Assembly: GCF_001194135.2 (NCBI RefSeq)
Contig: NC_069000.1
Coordinates: forward strand, 1,624,405 to 1,688,404
Length of the DNA: 64,000 nucleotides
From: Octopus bimaculoides
Lineage: Eukaryota
Reading direction: 5' to 3'
This document shows, piece after piece, positions 52,595-63,901 of this stretch. Position 1 is the stretch's first letter, and each line of letters starts with the position of its first letter. The position numbers and the translations under genes are program-made. The notes beneath the pieces were generated by a model, which did no database searches, was not told the origin of the DNA, and worked only from the letters and a program-made list of their open reading frames with translations.

Positions 52595-54290
52595 TTTATG
52601 TGTGTGTGTCAGTGTTGTGATGCCTTATCGTGTGGTGTGCACGTGTATAGAGGCACGCGCACACAAACAAACATCCGTACCAGACGGACATGCATCAATA
52701 ACTGCGTGTGAAGGGTCAGTATCGTTTTAACGTACACGTTTTCCGTGCTAGCATGGGTCAGAAGGAGTTTGCTGAGGCAGATTTTCTACGGCCGGATGCC
52801 CTTCCTCTCACCAAACCTAACTTGCAAGCAAAGTAATATTTCCTGATGGCTAGACTTGTTTTTTGGAAACAGACAATACCGCATGGTCTTTGAATTTTGG
52901 GCCTCACAGAGGCAATGATTTGTGACTGAGACCTTTGGAGATGTGTCATGCTTGAGAAGACTCGTCAAACCAAGTGAAATCATAGTCATGGCTGATGCTG
53001 GTGTCATGTAACTGGCACATAAAAAGCACCTTTCAAGTGTTGGGCCTCACAGCGGCCAAGTGGCTGAGGCCAGTGGCAGGTGGAAAGTTCCTCTCAAGCA
53101 CTGGGCCTCATGGAGGCAATGATGAATGACCAAGATCTTAGCATTATGTCGTGCTTGAGAAGAAGACCCATCATGCCAAGTAAAATCGCAGTTGTGGCAG
53201 ATACCGGTACCAAGAAATGGCACCCATGTGGGTGGCATGAAAAAGTACTCATTACACTCTCGGAGTGGTTGGCATTTGGAAGGGCATCCAGCTGTAGAAA
53301 CCATGCCAAATCAAACTGGGGTCTGGTGCAAACTCCCAGCCCTGGTCAAACCGTCCAACCCATGGACAACGGACATTAAATGATGATGATGACGATTCTG
53401 ACCCACAGACATTACATATCCAGCAGGGCATGCTTGCTTCACTTCATTCCAGCATTCACAAGTTCTCTGCTTCTGAAGCTTATCTTTTGCTGCCATACAA
53501 CACATGTTGAGTCTCACTGAGAAGATGATAAACGATCAAGATGATTGGTGATTTGCTATGCTTGAGAAGACCTGTCCATCTAAGTAAAATCAAGGTCCCG
53601 GAAAGGAGGGTTAGCAGAAGAATCGCCAAACTATTTTCAAAGAAGGAGTTTTTGAAAGCGTTGCTTCATACTATAACAAGGCTCTCACTGCTTTCCTGGT
53701 TTCAAAGATAGAATCTGTTATTATGCTAAACTCCACCAAAAGGTCATATGATTTGCATCCCGGAGCCCAACGCATAATTTTCCATTGATTCATGTCCGAT
53801 GATTGCTAATTTCACCTCTCCATTTTGTGGATGGTTTTTGGCATGGAATCGTTCGGTAACATTAATTGGTTGTTGTGCAGGTATAATAACAGCAACAACA
53901 ATAATAATGGTTTCAAATTTTGACACAAGGCCAGCAATTTTAAGAGAGTGGGTCAAGTCGGTTACATTGACCAAGTGTTTAACCGATACTTATTTTATCG
54001 ACACCGAAAGAATAAAAGGCAAAGTGGACCTCCCCGGAAAAATCAAACTATTTACACGGATATGCGAGTGGTTAGAATCACATTTATTCCCAAGTTGGTT
54101 ATAATGGTTTGAAATACCCCAGTAAATATTATTATGAATAATCTATCTATCTATTTATGCATATATGTTTAAAAAGATACTTGGACAATAGTAAATAGAA
54201 AAATATATGTGAGCAAGTGGAAATACGAAAGTATGGCTAGAAATGGTCGGCTAATGTCAATAATAGTTCTCGCATGGCATTTCGTACGCG
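49200..54290. promoter_or_regulatory. Divergent intergenic region with CpG-retaining stretches (probable promoters/5' UTRs of SNRK and TDRD9)
   Basis: Lies between the two outward-facing start codons; CG dinucleotides are visibly more frequent at about 49200-49900, 50500-51250, 51750-52150 and 54000-54300 than in the SNRK intron. TSS positions are not determinable. Confidence 0.55.
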
Positions 54291-54300
54291 ATGGCAGTAA
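54274..54300 (+). promoter_or_regulatory. Candidate upstream ORF (MAFRTRWQ*) overlapping the TDRD9 start codon out of frame
   Basis: cgcATGG at 54274, 17 nt before gcgATGG at 54291; stop TAA at 54298-54300. Relevant only if it lies in the 5' UTR. Confidence 0.35.
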
Positions 54301-54484
54301 ACACCAACATTCTGACCCCAGAACTAACGTTAGATCATTATGATGACTGGCTTAAAGGAAACCTTTCCAAATCCAAAACACAGTTAAAAACTGTTGTTAA
54401 AAGTAAAACTTGTGGTAAAGCTTTAGATCGAAAATCTTTAAAACCAGTTGAAAGTCCTCCTTCAATAATTCCACCACATCAAAG
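54291..54484 (+). CDS. TDRD9: TDRD9/spindle-E exon 1 (MAVNTNILTPELTLDHYDDWLK...PPHQ, phase 2)
   Basis: ATG at 54291; ELTLDHYDDW resembles the TDRD9 N-terminal LTIEQINDWF; AG|GTAAGA donor; phase fits exon 2. Confidence 0.75.
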
Positions 54485-57400
54485 GTAAGAAGAATAAAAC
54501 AAATAACGTAGATTACTAAAGGTGAAAAGAATGCTAAAACGTAATTAAACGAATTTTGCTTCGTTACCAAATTACTCTGTAAATGAAATAATATATAAGT
54601 GGGGGGAAGAGGCAGCGCAACCACTTTGCTAAAGAAATTGCAAAACCTCACCCACGAACCTTTATTTTCTTCGTACAAAATGAAATCGAAAGTGAAAATT
54701 TTTTGGACAGTCCATTAAAAAATCAATGTTATTTAGGTTACAAAACAACAAAAACACAAGACTTAATACCAGCCTTTTTGTTATATATCTACAATTTACT
54801 ATATTAATAAATATTAAAAAAAGTACTTCGCAGTTTCCGGGCTTAACATTCAAAATATTTTTTCTCTACTCCAACATATTCCTCGAAATTGTAAACTGTT
54901 TCTCGACCAAAGTGTTCTTTTTTTTTCTACTTCCTTCATCATTAATTACAAATTAATTAATGAAATGTTATCTTTTTTTTTTATTTCTCATGAAATAAAA
55001 AAAAAAGTTTTCCTGTTGAATTTGATGGTTATAGGTAGTTGCCATGTAAAGTTTCACTAATTTTGTTTTGACATGAAATGTTTGAGTCTGTCTTTATATT
55101 TACTGTTGTGATAAGATGTGCAACTAATATCAGATATAATTTCATAGAGTGATCAATAAATCGAAGACCATAATAAATAATAATAAATTTTAAGCGAGTT
55201 AGTCCCTAGCTCGTATTTTGCACTACGAGTTTTCTTGAAATCAGGACTTAAGGAGTTATAATAAAGTTAAAATAATGCACGAATGTTAGTCGAACTAAAG
55301 CTACCTGGAGATTAAATTCTCCTGGTTGGAATTTTTGCTGTGTTCATCTGTATACACTAAGTTCCTATAACATGAGGAAATTAAATAGCAATAAGTTTAT
55401 TGGCCAATAGACACCTGCTGAAATAATGTAGTAAATTCTACTCTTATACTGGTTCCACTATTGGTCTGTGACTCTTTCAGGACTGTAATCGATTACATTG
55501 GCCCCTCTCCAATACTTCCCCGCTGCTTATTTTATCGATCTTGGAAAGATGAAAGAGAAAGCCGACTCCTGCTAGATTAGAACTTAGAATGCGAGGGGTT
55601 GTAACTGAAAACTGCCTCTCGGTCCGCGACTCCATAAGTATGACTTGGGATGAAAGGGTAGACTACTAAAATAAACGTTTTTTTTTTTCAAGACTAAACA
55701 TTTTTAGGAAGGGTCCCACAATTTAATCAACCTGCAACATGGCCGTTTTCCATGCTGGCATGGGTTGGATGGTTTGACTGGGGTCTGGCAAGCCAGGCTC
55801 CAATCTGATATATATATTTATTTATATATATATATGTATGTGTGTGTGGTTGCGTTATCTTGTCTTGCCCTTACATGACATCTGTAAACGAGTGTCACTG
55901 TTATACAAGCAGTGTCACTCATTCATTCATTTCCAATATTCTGTGAAAAACATGTCTGGCAAATATTATTTTGCATTGAAACAGGTGATGGTGGGTAACA
56001 GAAAGGACAACCTCAATAAACTTCATCCCACTCATGCAAGCATGGAAAACTAGACATTAAAATGATGATGATGATATATGCAAACACACACACACACACA
56101 CACACACACTGTAGTTACACTCTTTCACTCACTCTGTTCCTTCATATCTTGTTTTACCATTTCTATTACTGTTACTTTCACAATCTCTCTCTCTCTCTCT
56201 TGATTTATATTTCAAACAAGTTGATGCCAGTTTGGTTTGCTGCTTCATGCTGCCCTAGTTTATCAGAATTCAGAAATGCTCTAAAGCACAAAGATAGCAT
56301 TCTTTACTGTAGACGCGACTCTATCTTTCTCTATCACTATTTTTCCCCCTCCTGTTCTTCTTCTGTTACTACTATATCTTTCTTCCTTCTGTCACTACTG
56401 TCTTTCTCTCGTTGCTCACCTATTCTTCTACTTCCTTCCCTTGTTTCTCCCTCTACCACTCTCTCTCTCTCTCTTCCTTCCCTTGTTTCTCCCTGGTCAC
56501 ATGCTTCCGGTCACAAATCCTTTTCTTCCTTGGCTATCGCCGAGCAAACACGCGAACTTACTTCGTCCCGGCTTTCAGTTCATGCCTCACAGCGTTCATA
56601 TACACATAATTTTTCACGACTGGCCGCATAGCCTTTTCCGTTTGTTTTCCTGTCTTGTTTTTTGTCCGCCTCTACATTCCTCCATAGCACAGGTTTAATT
56701 TGTGTACACAAATTTAATTTGCAGTTCATGGGAAGAGCCATTTTAACGATGCGTCCTGCCCAACTCTTCGAAATGCCGGTGTTAAAATGGGGGTAGCTGA
56801 TGAAGGAAAATGTTCTCTATGTGGCTTGTGTGTTTTCTGTACTCTGGTTATTATTATTTTCTTGTCTACGTTTTGTTTGCAATGTCCTGTACCCAGATAT
56901 GCACCTATATATACAGGTAGACGTAGGTATGCACATACCTGTACGTATATATGCATATACTCATTTATTATTTGTTTTATATATATATATATGTATATAT
57001 ATATACAGATTGATAAAACTTTTCAAATTTTTCAAAGTACCACCACCACCACCACCTCCTATGTATGTACATACTCACAAGGCTTTGGTCAGCCCAAGGT
57101 GCCACGCAGTGGGACCGAACCCAGAACCATGTGATTGGGAAGCAAGTTTCAAGTTTCTTGAGAAGTTTCTTATCACACAGCCTTGCATTTATTCATTTAT
57201 TCATCGATAGAAGGCAGAGATTTTGTTGCCATGAACATAGTGCAGTTATTTCCCAGTTGTGATGGGCCGGCCACAGATTGCTCCTTACCAGTTAAAACTG
57301 TCGTAGATCCCAACAATATGTCCCTCCTGGTGTTTAATTAGTATTTGTTAAAAGACCAATGCAGAAAACACCATGGACAGTGAATAAGACTCTTCCGTGG

Positions 57401-57504
57401 GTGTTGTTAGTTAGTTCTGCGCACAGTGCTAGAAATATATTCTCATTCACCAGCAGCAAACAACGACCCATGACAGACCTTTTTTTTTCATTTTTAAATT
57501 TCAG

Positions 57505-57583
57505 TTATTCTGCAAAGGAGAGAACAGATTATGTTTTGGAATACCAAGCTGCAGAACAGCAGAAGCTGGCTGACCAATCACAG
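57505..57583 (+). CDS. TDRD9: TDRD9 exon 2 (SYSAKERTDYVLEYQAAEQQKLADQSQ)
   Basis: tttcag| acceptor, CAG|GTGAGC donor; 79 nt converts phase 2 to phase 0. Confidence 0.75.
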
Positions 57584-57857
57584 GTGAGCAAGTACAACAG
57601 GTTCTTCTTTCAAAGATACAATTTAAACCACTTTCCTAACATTCATTAATAGAAACTTTTGTTATTGATGTTGTTGTTTCGTTAGTGTTTCTTCTTCTTC
57701 TTTGTTAGTGACATTAATTACATTGTACACACGACTCCACAGAAATGGACGCAGCTATGAGGCTGTTTTCTTTCATCTCCGCCTTCATCCGACGTATATG
57801 TTTTTATTTTAATGGTAATAAAGGAGATTTACTGCTGACATCTCATTCTTCATCTCG

Positions 57858-58260
57858 TCATGCTTTTCATCATCATCATCATCACTCTCCCACCCACCCA
57901 CCTTCGATCTACCAATGTAATTATCACAATCATTACTGTCATTGCCTCTACAGTCATCATCATCATCATCATCACTATCAACACCACCAGTTTCACCATC
58001 CTCATCACCATCACCACAAACATCATCACCAAGACCACCATCACCACCACCACCCGTCCCCCTCCCCCATAACAATTACTTCTGCCTTCATTATTGGCTC
58101 CAATCTTTCATTCATCATCCTCTCCTGCCACTCCATCCTCACCGTCTTCATTGTCACAAACATTCACCATTGCCTTTACTTTCATCAACATGATGACCAT
58201 CATGACGGTGATGCTGCTGCTACTACTTCTACTACTTCTACTACTACTACTACCACCACA
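57858..58260. repeat. (CAT)/(CAC)/(CTA) tract in TDRD9 intron 2; similar tracts at 59420-59690 and 61592-61685
   Basis: Visible directly; source of the poly-His, poly-Thr and poly-Pro ORFs. Confidence 0.9.
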
Positions 58261-58289
58261 TGCCTTTGTATTTCTGTTTTGCCTTGTAG

Positions 58290-58469
58290 ACACGAGATGT
58301 GAATGTTTCCGCAAATGAAACTTCCCTGAATCAGCTGGAGGAAGACTCTGGCCTCACAGAGGTGCACAACAACAGAAAAGAAAACTTAAGGTTGAACACA
58401 GACGTCTACGAAGGATTTACATTCAGTCATTCTCCCACAGTTCTACCAATTGAAGAACACAAGAGTCAG
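58290..58469 (+). CDS. TDRD9: TDRD9 exon 3 (TRDVNVSANE...VYEGFTFSHSPTVLPIEEHKSQ)
   Basis: ttgtag| acceptor, CAG|GTAACT donor, 180 nt open; LPIEEHK is the usual DEAH pre-motif-I segment. Confidence 0.88.
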
Positions 58470-58940
58470 GTAACTTTTCATTCCACTCATTCTCTTTGAT
58501 TAAGGTTTTTTTTAACTTTTTGTTCAAAGTTGATGTTTGTTGGACTTTAAAAAAAAAAAAAAATTCTTTATTTTTTACAAGTATTTGTTTGTTTTGATGA
58601 CTTTTTTCTTTTGTCTTTTACTTGCTTCAGTCATTAGACTGTGGCCATGCTGGGGCACCACTTTAAAGAATTTTTGGTTGAATGAATTGGACTCCCTGCC
58701 CTCACTGCTTGATAACTGCTGTTGGTTTGTTTACATCTCCATAACTTAGCAGTTCAGTGAAAGAGACCAATTAAATAAGTATCAAGCTTAGAAAAAGTAC
58801 CGGGTTCAATTTGTTTGACTAAAAAACCTTTTAAGGTGGTGCTCCAGCCTGGTCACAATCCAATGATTAAAACGGGGAAAAGGTAAGACAGACAACCATT
58901 TCCCTTTTCTCATTCTTTCTCTTTTTTTTTTGGTAAACAG

Positions 58941-59162
58941 ATCATAAACACTGTTGAAAGTAATCAAGTGACTGTGATACAGGGTCCAACAGGCTCTGGC
59001 AAAACCACACAAGTTCCTCAATTCATCCTGGATCATTATGCATCTAAGAACCAATACTGTAACATTGTTGTCACTCAACCGAGAAGGATTGCTGCCATCA
59101 GTATTGCTAAGAGAATTTGTCAAGAAAGACGATGGAAGTTAGGGACATTTTGTGGATATCAG
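58941..59162 (+). CDS. TDRD9: TDRD9 exon 4 (Walker A GPTGSGKTT, motif Ia TQPRRIAA)
   Basis: IINTVESNQVTVIQGPTGSGKTTQVPQFILDH...TQPRRIAAISIAKRICQERRWKLGTFCGYQ; canonical AG/GT, 222 nt. Confidence 0.95.
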
Positions 59163-59260
59163 GTGAATTTTGAACCTTTCCATGTTTAGACACTTAATTT
59201 GGTGTTTGTTAATTAATTGTGTTTCCCTTTTGATTTTGATCCTGTCTTCAATCATTTTAG

Positions 59261-59383
59261 GTTGGAATGGATCGAGAAGTCTCTCCAAACACACGGCTGA
59301 CCTACATGACCACTGGGGTCCTTTTGCAGAAACTTATTAACAAGAAGGACATTAATGATTATACACACGTCATCCTTGACGAG
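59261..59383 (+). CDS. TDRD9: TDRD9 exon 5 (VGMDRE...TYMTTGVLLQKL...HVILDE)
   Basis: Motif Ib and start of motif II; 123 nt; canonical splice sites. Confidence 0.95.
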
Positions 59384-59713
59384 GTTTGTAATGCTTGACA
59401 CACACACACACACATGCTTACTATCATCATCATCATCATCACCACCACTATAATTGTTGCTGCTACCACCACCACCACCACCTTTATTATCATCAGCATC
59501 AAAATCACCACCACCACCACTCCCAACATCACCATCCACCACCATCACCACCCACCACCACTATCCACTACGACGACCACCACCACCTTTATTACCATCA
59601 GCATCAGCAGCAAAATCACCACCACCACTACCACCACCACCACTGCCAACATCACCACCATCCACTACCACCATCACCGCCATGTTCATGTTGTTGTCAT
59701 CTTTTTACTACAG

Positions 59714-59794
59714 ATCCATGAACGAGATCAAGAGACAGATTTCTGCATCCTCATCGTGCGGAAATTCCTTCGTTCGGTTTCCAAAAGAATTCGA
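59714..59794 (+). CDS. TDRD9: TDRD9 exon 6 (IHERDQETDFCILIVRKFLRSVSKRIR)
   Basis: Completes DE|IH; cag| acceptor and |GTAAGT donor; 81 nt. Confidence 0.95.
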
Positions 59795-60039
59795 GTAAGT
59801 ATCCATTTGGTGATTATATTTTAGAATTCTTTGTATTTGTTTTATGTTTTAGTCGGGAGTAGAAGGAGCAACACCCCTGACCCCCTTTTTTTACAGGGTC
59901 TACCAGGCTGATGGGAATAACAGAGAAGATGAAACCATGGTTTCTGGATTGCTGTCGTAGGAAGCGGCATATTGTCAAGGTGTATATCTATTAGTCAAGA
60001 GGGCAGTTTAGTCTCACAAATTTTCTCCTTACATTGCAG

Positions 60040-60198
60040 GTAATTCTGATGTCTGCCACTTTGGATTCAGAAATGTTTGCCAATTACTTTGCCCTTCCAG
60101 TCCGTAACACCTTGGACCCTGCCCCCATAATCACAATTGATGGCAGTTTCTTTAGTGTGTCTGAATACTACGTTGAGGATTTGGTTCCATTGGGAACT
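60040..60198 (+). CDS. TDRD9: TDRD9 exon 7 (VILMSAT...YYVEDLVPLGT)
   Basis: Motif III SAT; 159 nt; ttgcag| acceptor and |GTAAGT donor. Confidence 0.95.
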
Positions 60199-60922
60199 GT
60201 AAGTACTCTTTTTCAATCTTTTAATTTGATATAAAATGCTTGACAATCTTTTAATCTGTTTTTGGTCCTCTTAATTCCTCCTGATAGAGGATGATGATAA
60301 TGATTTTGTTGTTTATATCCAAGTTGGGTCTGATTGAGCAGACTTATGGTGAAAACCAGTCCAGCTTTGACTCTCCTGTCTTTTTAATATACCCAGTGCT
60401 ACCCAGCCCCACCCTAGTTAACCCTGACCCTGCTTACTCCTGTTCTCTTTCTTATAATGTGAGTTGCCGTGTAATTCCTCAACAGCAAAAAGCCCTGTTC
60501 TGTTCCCTTCTTTTATACTTGAATCCCTCATCTCTTAGTATAAAGTTACCCTACTTAGTCTTGCAAGCTGCATAGCAACTTCACTGTTGCCATGAAAAAA
60601 AAAAAAGCACTCAACACATGATGTAGAGTGGTGGCCCCCCTGTAGAAGCAGGCAAGGGGGAACTTAGTCTAAATGTGAATTGTAAACATTAATTAAAAAA
60701 AAAGCAAGGGAAACTCGAAGAGGTGTGAGGTGAGATCTGAGAATGTCTGGTGCTAGATTGAGACAAAAGGAGGTATTCTGATTTGCTGACCTGTCCAATT
60801 CTATGCTGCTTTGGGGCAGATTAATGCTAAAATGATAAAAATGATGTGATGATGGTGATGTTAATGAGTTTGTGAATGTATTAATATCCAAGTGTTGTGA
60901 AAAGTTTATTTATTTTTCTTAG

Positions 60923-61026
60923 ATAGGACAACTTGATCCTGACAACCCACATATCACCCCTGAGTCTCAGCAATTAGCTGTCAACTTAATTCAACACTTT
61001 AACACATTTGAAACCAAAGAACAAGG
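60923..61026 (+). CDS. TDRD9: TDRD9 exon 8 (IGQLDPDNPHITPESQQLAVNLIQHFNTFETKEQ)
   Basis: cttag| acceptor, GG|GTAAGT donor, 104 nt, phase 2. Confidence 0.9.
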
Positions 61027-61520
61027 GTAAGTTACATTCAAAACCCGATTTTGGGTATCTTGGCTTCAGATAATCAATTTTGCCAATCACCTTCCATGCT
61101 GTAATTGTTTTCGTTCCAGCACACAATCTCAGATCAGGTCACTTACTATGCAAGTACATCTCTGTAATAATAATAATAATGATAATAATCTGCTTGAAAT
61201 ACTTAATACTTACAGTGTTAAAATGGTATCATAAATTCCAGTCTTTGGTCGAATACTTTAATCCTTTAGCATTTTGGTTTCTCTGTCAAATGTAATGCTT
61301 ATTTATTCACATTGTTATCTCATATCTCCATAGTTTTGATGAGGTGAATATATATTTCTAGAATGATATTGTTGGGTATTTGTGAGAGGCTGGATCTGGC
61401 CAGTTTGAACTTAAAACACAGAATATTTGGGCCTGATATGGCTGGATTAAATGCAAAAGGGTTGAATAGCTATTTATGTATTTATTTTAATTTATTTTAT
61501 TTTATTTTCTTTTTTTTTAG

Positions 61521-61579
61521 AAATGATCCTCATTCTGGACAACAGCCTATTTGTGGAAGTGTTCTTGTTTTCTTGCCAG
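61521..61579 (+). CDS. TDRD9: TDRD9 exon 9 (NDPHSGQQPICGSVLVFLP)
   Basis: Motif IV GSVLVFLPG; 59 nt; phase 2 to phase 1. Confidence 0.93.
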
Positions 61580-61924
61580 GTAAGCATTGAAACCATCATC
61601 ATCATCATCATAACCACAGTCACAGCACCACTACCAAAACCATCATCATTACTACAATCCTCACCACCACCATCACCTTCACTCATGACACGAACTCTAT
61701 ACTTCACATGATGAAGAATTGGCAGCAGCAGCCAATTCTTTCTCTTGCTTCCCTCTTCTCTCTCATTTATCCACACATCTGCTTCTATATCAAATTATCT
61801 TGAGCCGAGTTAAATTCCTTTCGAAACAGAAAGTTCCAAAGGCAGTTTCCTTTATCCTTAATTCATCATTTTAAGAAATTTTGATGCAAAATAAATTATT
61901 GTTTTGGAACATTTTGTTTTACAG

Positions 61925-61982
61925 GGTTGTCTGATATTGACAAGCTCTATGACAAGCTAAGAACTCTGCCGGGTCAACACAG
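61925..61982 (+). CDS. TDRD9: TDRD9 exon 10 (LSDIDKLYDKLRTLPGQH)
   Basis: ttacag| acceptor, AG|GTAAGT donor; 58 nt; phase 1 to phase 2. Confidence 0.9.
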
Positions 61983-62019
61983 GTAAGTTGTCTAGTTTTA
62001 TAGTCATCTCTCACTTCAA

Positions 62020-62235
62020 CCCTTTAGCATTCAGATTACTGTGTTAGAAGTAAACCTTATTTATTCACATTGTTTTCAGTTAATCATGTATTATTGTATT
62101 GTTTTAAGATTTCAATGATGTGACTGTTTATTTTTAGAACGACATTGTAGGTTAGGTGTGAAAGGCCAGAAATGGCTGGCTTGAACATAAAACAAAATAT
62201 TTTGGCCCGATACGGCTGTTTTAAATGCTAAAGTG
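62020..62235. mobile_element. piggyBac-type MITE family 2 (about 210 bp) in TDRD9 intron 10; other copies 61262-61461, 44170-44386, 12360-12548, fragment 19395-19470
   Basis: Ends CCCTTTAGCATT / AATGCTAAAG(G/T)G, TTAA or near-TTAA flanks, shared internal sequence (TTATTTATTCACATTGTT...GTGTGAGAGGC...AATATTTGGGCC). Confidence 0.8.
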
Positions 62236-62516
62236 TTAAAACAATAAAAATTACGAATGAATGAACTGCCAGAATTTCTTTCTGTTTTGTGGTTCCTTTG
62301 GTCAACCTCCATTTCTCTGATAGTCTCGTCAGATGGTGTTCTTTATGATGTGGCCTGCCAACTCCTGTCAAACTGACCACCCTAAGCCATTAATGAAAAT
62401 GGACGTTAAATGACGAGAGCGATCGCTTGAATCATAGTAATGTTTGTCATCATCATCATTATTTAATGTCCAGCTTCCATTAAGTCAAAGCTTTTTTTCT
62501 TCTGATTCTGATGCAG

Positions 62517-62601
62517 GTTGGTTGTTATACCGTTACATTCTTCGGTGACGATCGAGGAACAAAGTAAAGTGTTTCAGCCAACATCTCCCGGATATCGTAA
62601 G
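62517..62601 (+). CDS. TDRD9: TDRD9 exon 11 (LVVIPLHSSVTIEEQSKVFQPTSPGYRK)
   Basis: PLHSSVT...EEQ..VF motif; 85 nt; phase 2 to phase 0. Confidence 0.95.
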
Positions 62602-62863
62602 GTAAGTCTTCATCATCATCATCATCATCATTTAACTTCCACTTTTCCATGCTTGTATGGCTTGGATCCAATCCGTTGATGTGGATTCTCCTTGGCAGGA
62701 TGTCCTTGCTGCACTCACCAACATTTGGTTGGGAAATTTCGAAAAACCCCATCAAAAAATTTAAAAAATAAATAAAACTAAATTGGTTGTGATGTTAAGT
62801 TCCAGAATGTTCCTCCTGTTTCGATAAAGAATCTAATTGCTTTGTTTTGTTTTCTTTCCTGAG

Positions 62864-62921
62864 GTGATCCTTTCTACAAATATTGCTGAAAGTTCCATCA
62901 CAGTGCCTGACATTAAATATG
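62864..62921 (+). CDS. TDRD9: TDRD9 exon 12 (VILSTNIAESSITVPDIKY)
   Basis: Motif V; 58 nt; unusual GAG acceptor (ttcctgag|GTG), G|GTAAGT donor. Confidence 0.93.
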
Positions 62922-63552
62922 GTAAGTAATTCCAAACCATAACTAGAAGAAGTAGGAAATTAAAAATCATTACTCTGAGGATTTCACTGTAATAGTCACA
63001 GAACTGGTTTGGTACATGGTTTGTACATTTGCAGGCCGAATCCAGAGATTCTCTTGAGGTCAGGAGGCACTTAGGTCCTCCAGTTTCCCCAGAAAGTTTT
63101 TCTCCACAGGATGTCATCAAATTTGCTTTAAGATGGCAGGTTTCTTTTGTTTTCCGTACATGTTTCCATAGCAAGATATTTTTCAGATGGAGGACCAGGT
63201 CTGTATTTAACAATTTGTAGAAAACAGAAAAACAGAGTTGTTTCCCATAGAATCTGAAGCCCTTAAAAGTTATGTCCCTTGTCGATGTTTACTCTCGTCT
63301 TTCACCTACATTTGTTTATAAAATAAAGTTAATCGCCACATCAAAGTGGTTGTTCCATGTTACTACTAGTTTAACCTCAAGCAGATCTTCCACCAGCTGG
63401 TCACTGGCCGGAGCAGACTTTGGCTATCGCTCTGGTTTAGCAGACAACAGGGTCACGAGACTGACTCAGTTTCGAGCTTGGTGTGTGACTTTTGACTAAC
63501 CCTGTATAATTGATAATAATAATAATGATAATAATTGTGTTTATCTCCGCAG

Positions 63553-63657
63553 TTATCGATTTCTGTTTGACCAAGAATTTGATGTGTGATACTCAGACAA
63601 ATTTCACCAGTTTACAATTAGATTGGGCATCAAAAGCTAACTGTATTCAACGGAAAG
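63553..63657 (+). CDS. TDRD9: TDRD9 exon 13 (VIDFCLTKNLMCDTQTNFTSLQLDWASKANCIQRK)
   Basis: Matches the TDRD9-type FCLT..L.CD..TN..SL.L.WASK segment; 105 nt; canonical sites. Confidence 0.95.
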
Positions 63658-63901
63658 GTAAAGTAGTTGAAATTATTGTCTAACATTTTGCTAGAATACC
63701 ATAACACTGCTTTGACCATTAACCCATATATATTTCTTGCAACTAGCTTTTTGATGATTACATCATCATCGTCATCATCATCCTTTAATGTCTGTTTTCT
63801 GTGCTGTCATATATTCTAATGTCTGTAAATTCTTTTTATTAAAACAACACAAAAACAAAAACAAAACCCCTGTCAAAAGTTGTCTTTCTTGTTTGCTGTA
63901 G

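Noticed and set aside
57745-58302. 185-aa His-rich ORF and overlapping poly-Thr/Pro/Asp ORFs (also 59395-59824)
   Set aside because: Translations of (CAT)/(CAC) microsatellites inside TDRD9 introns 2 and 5; the real exons use other boundaries.
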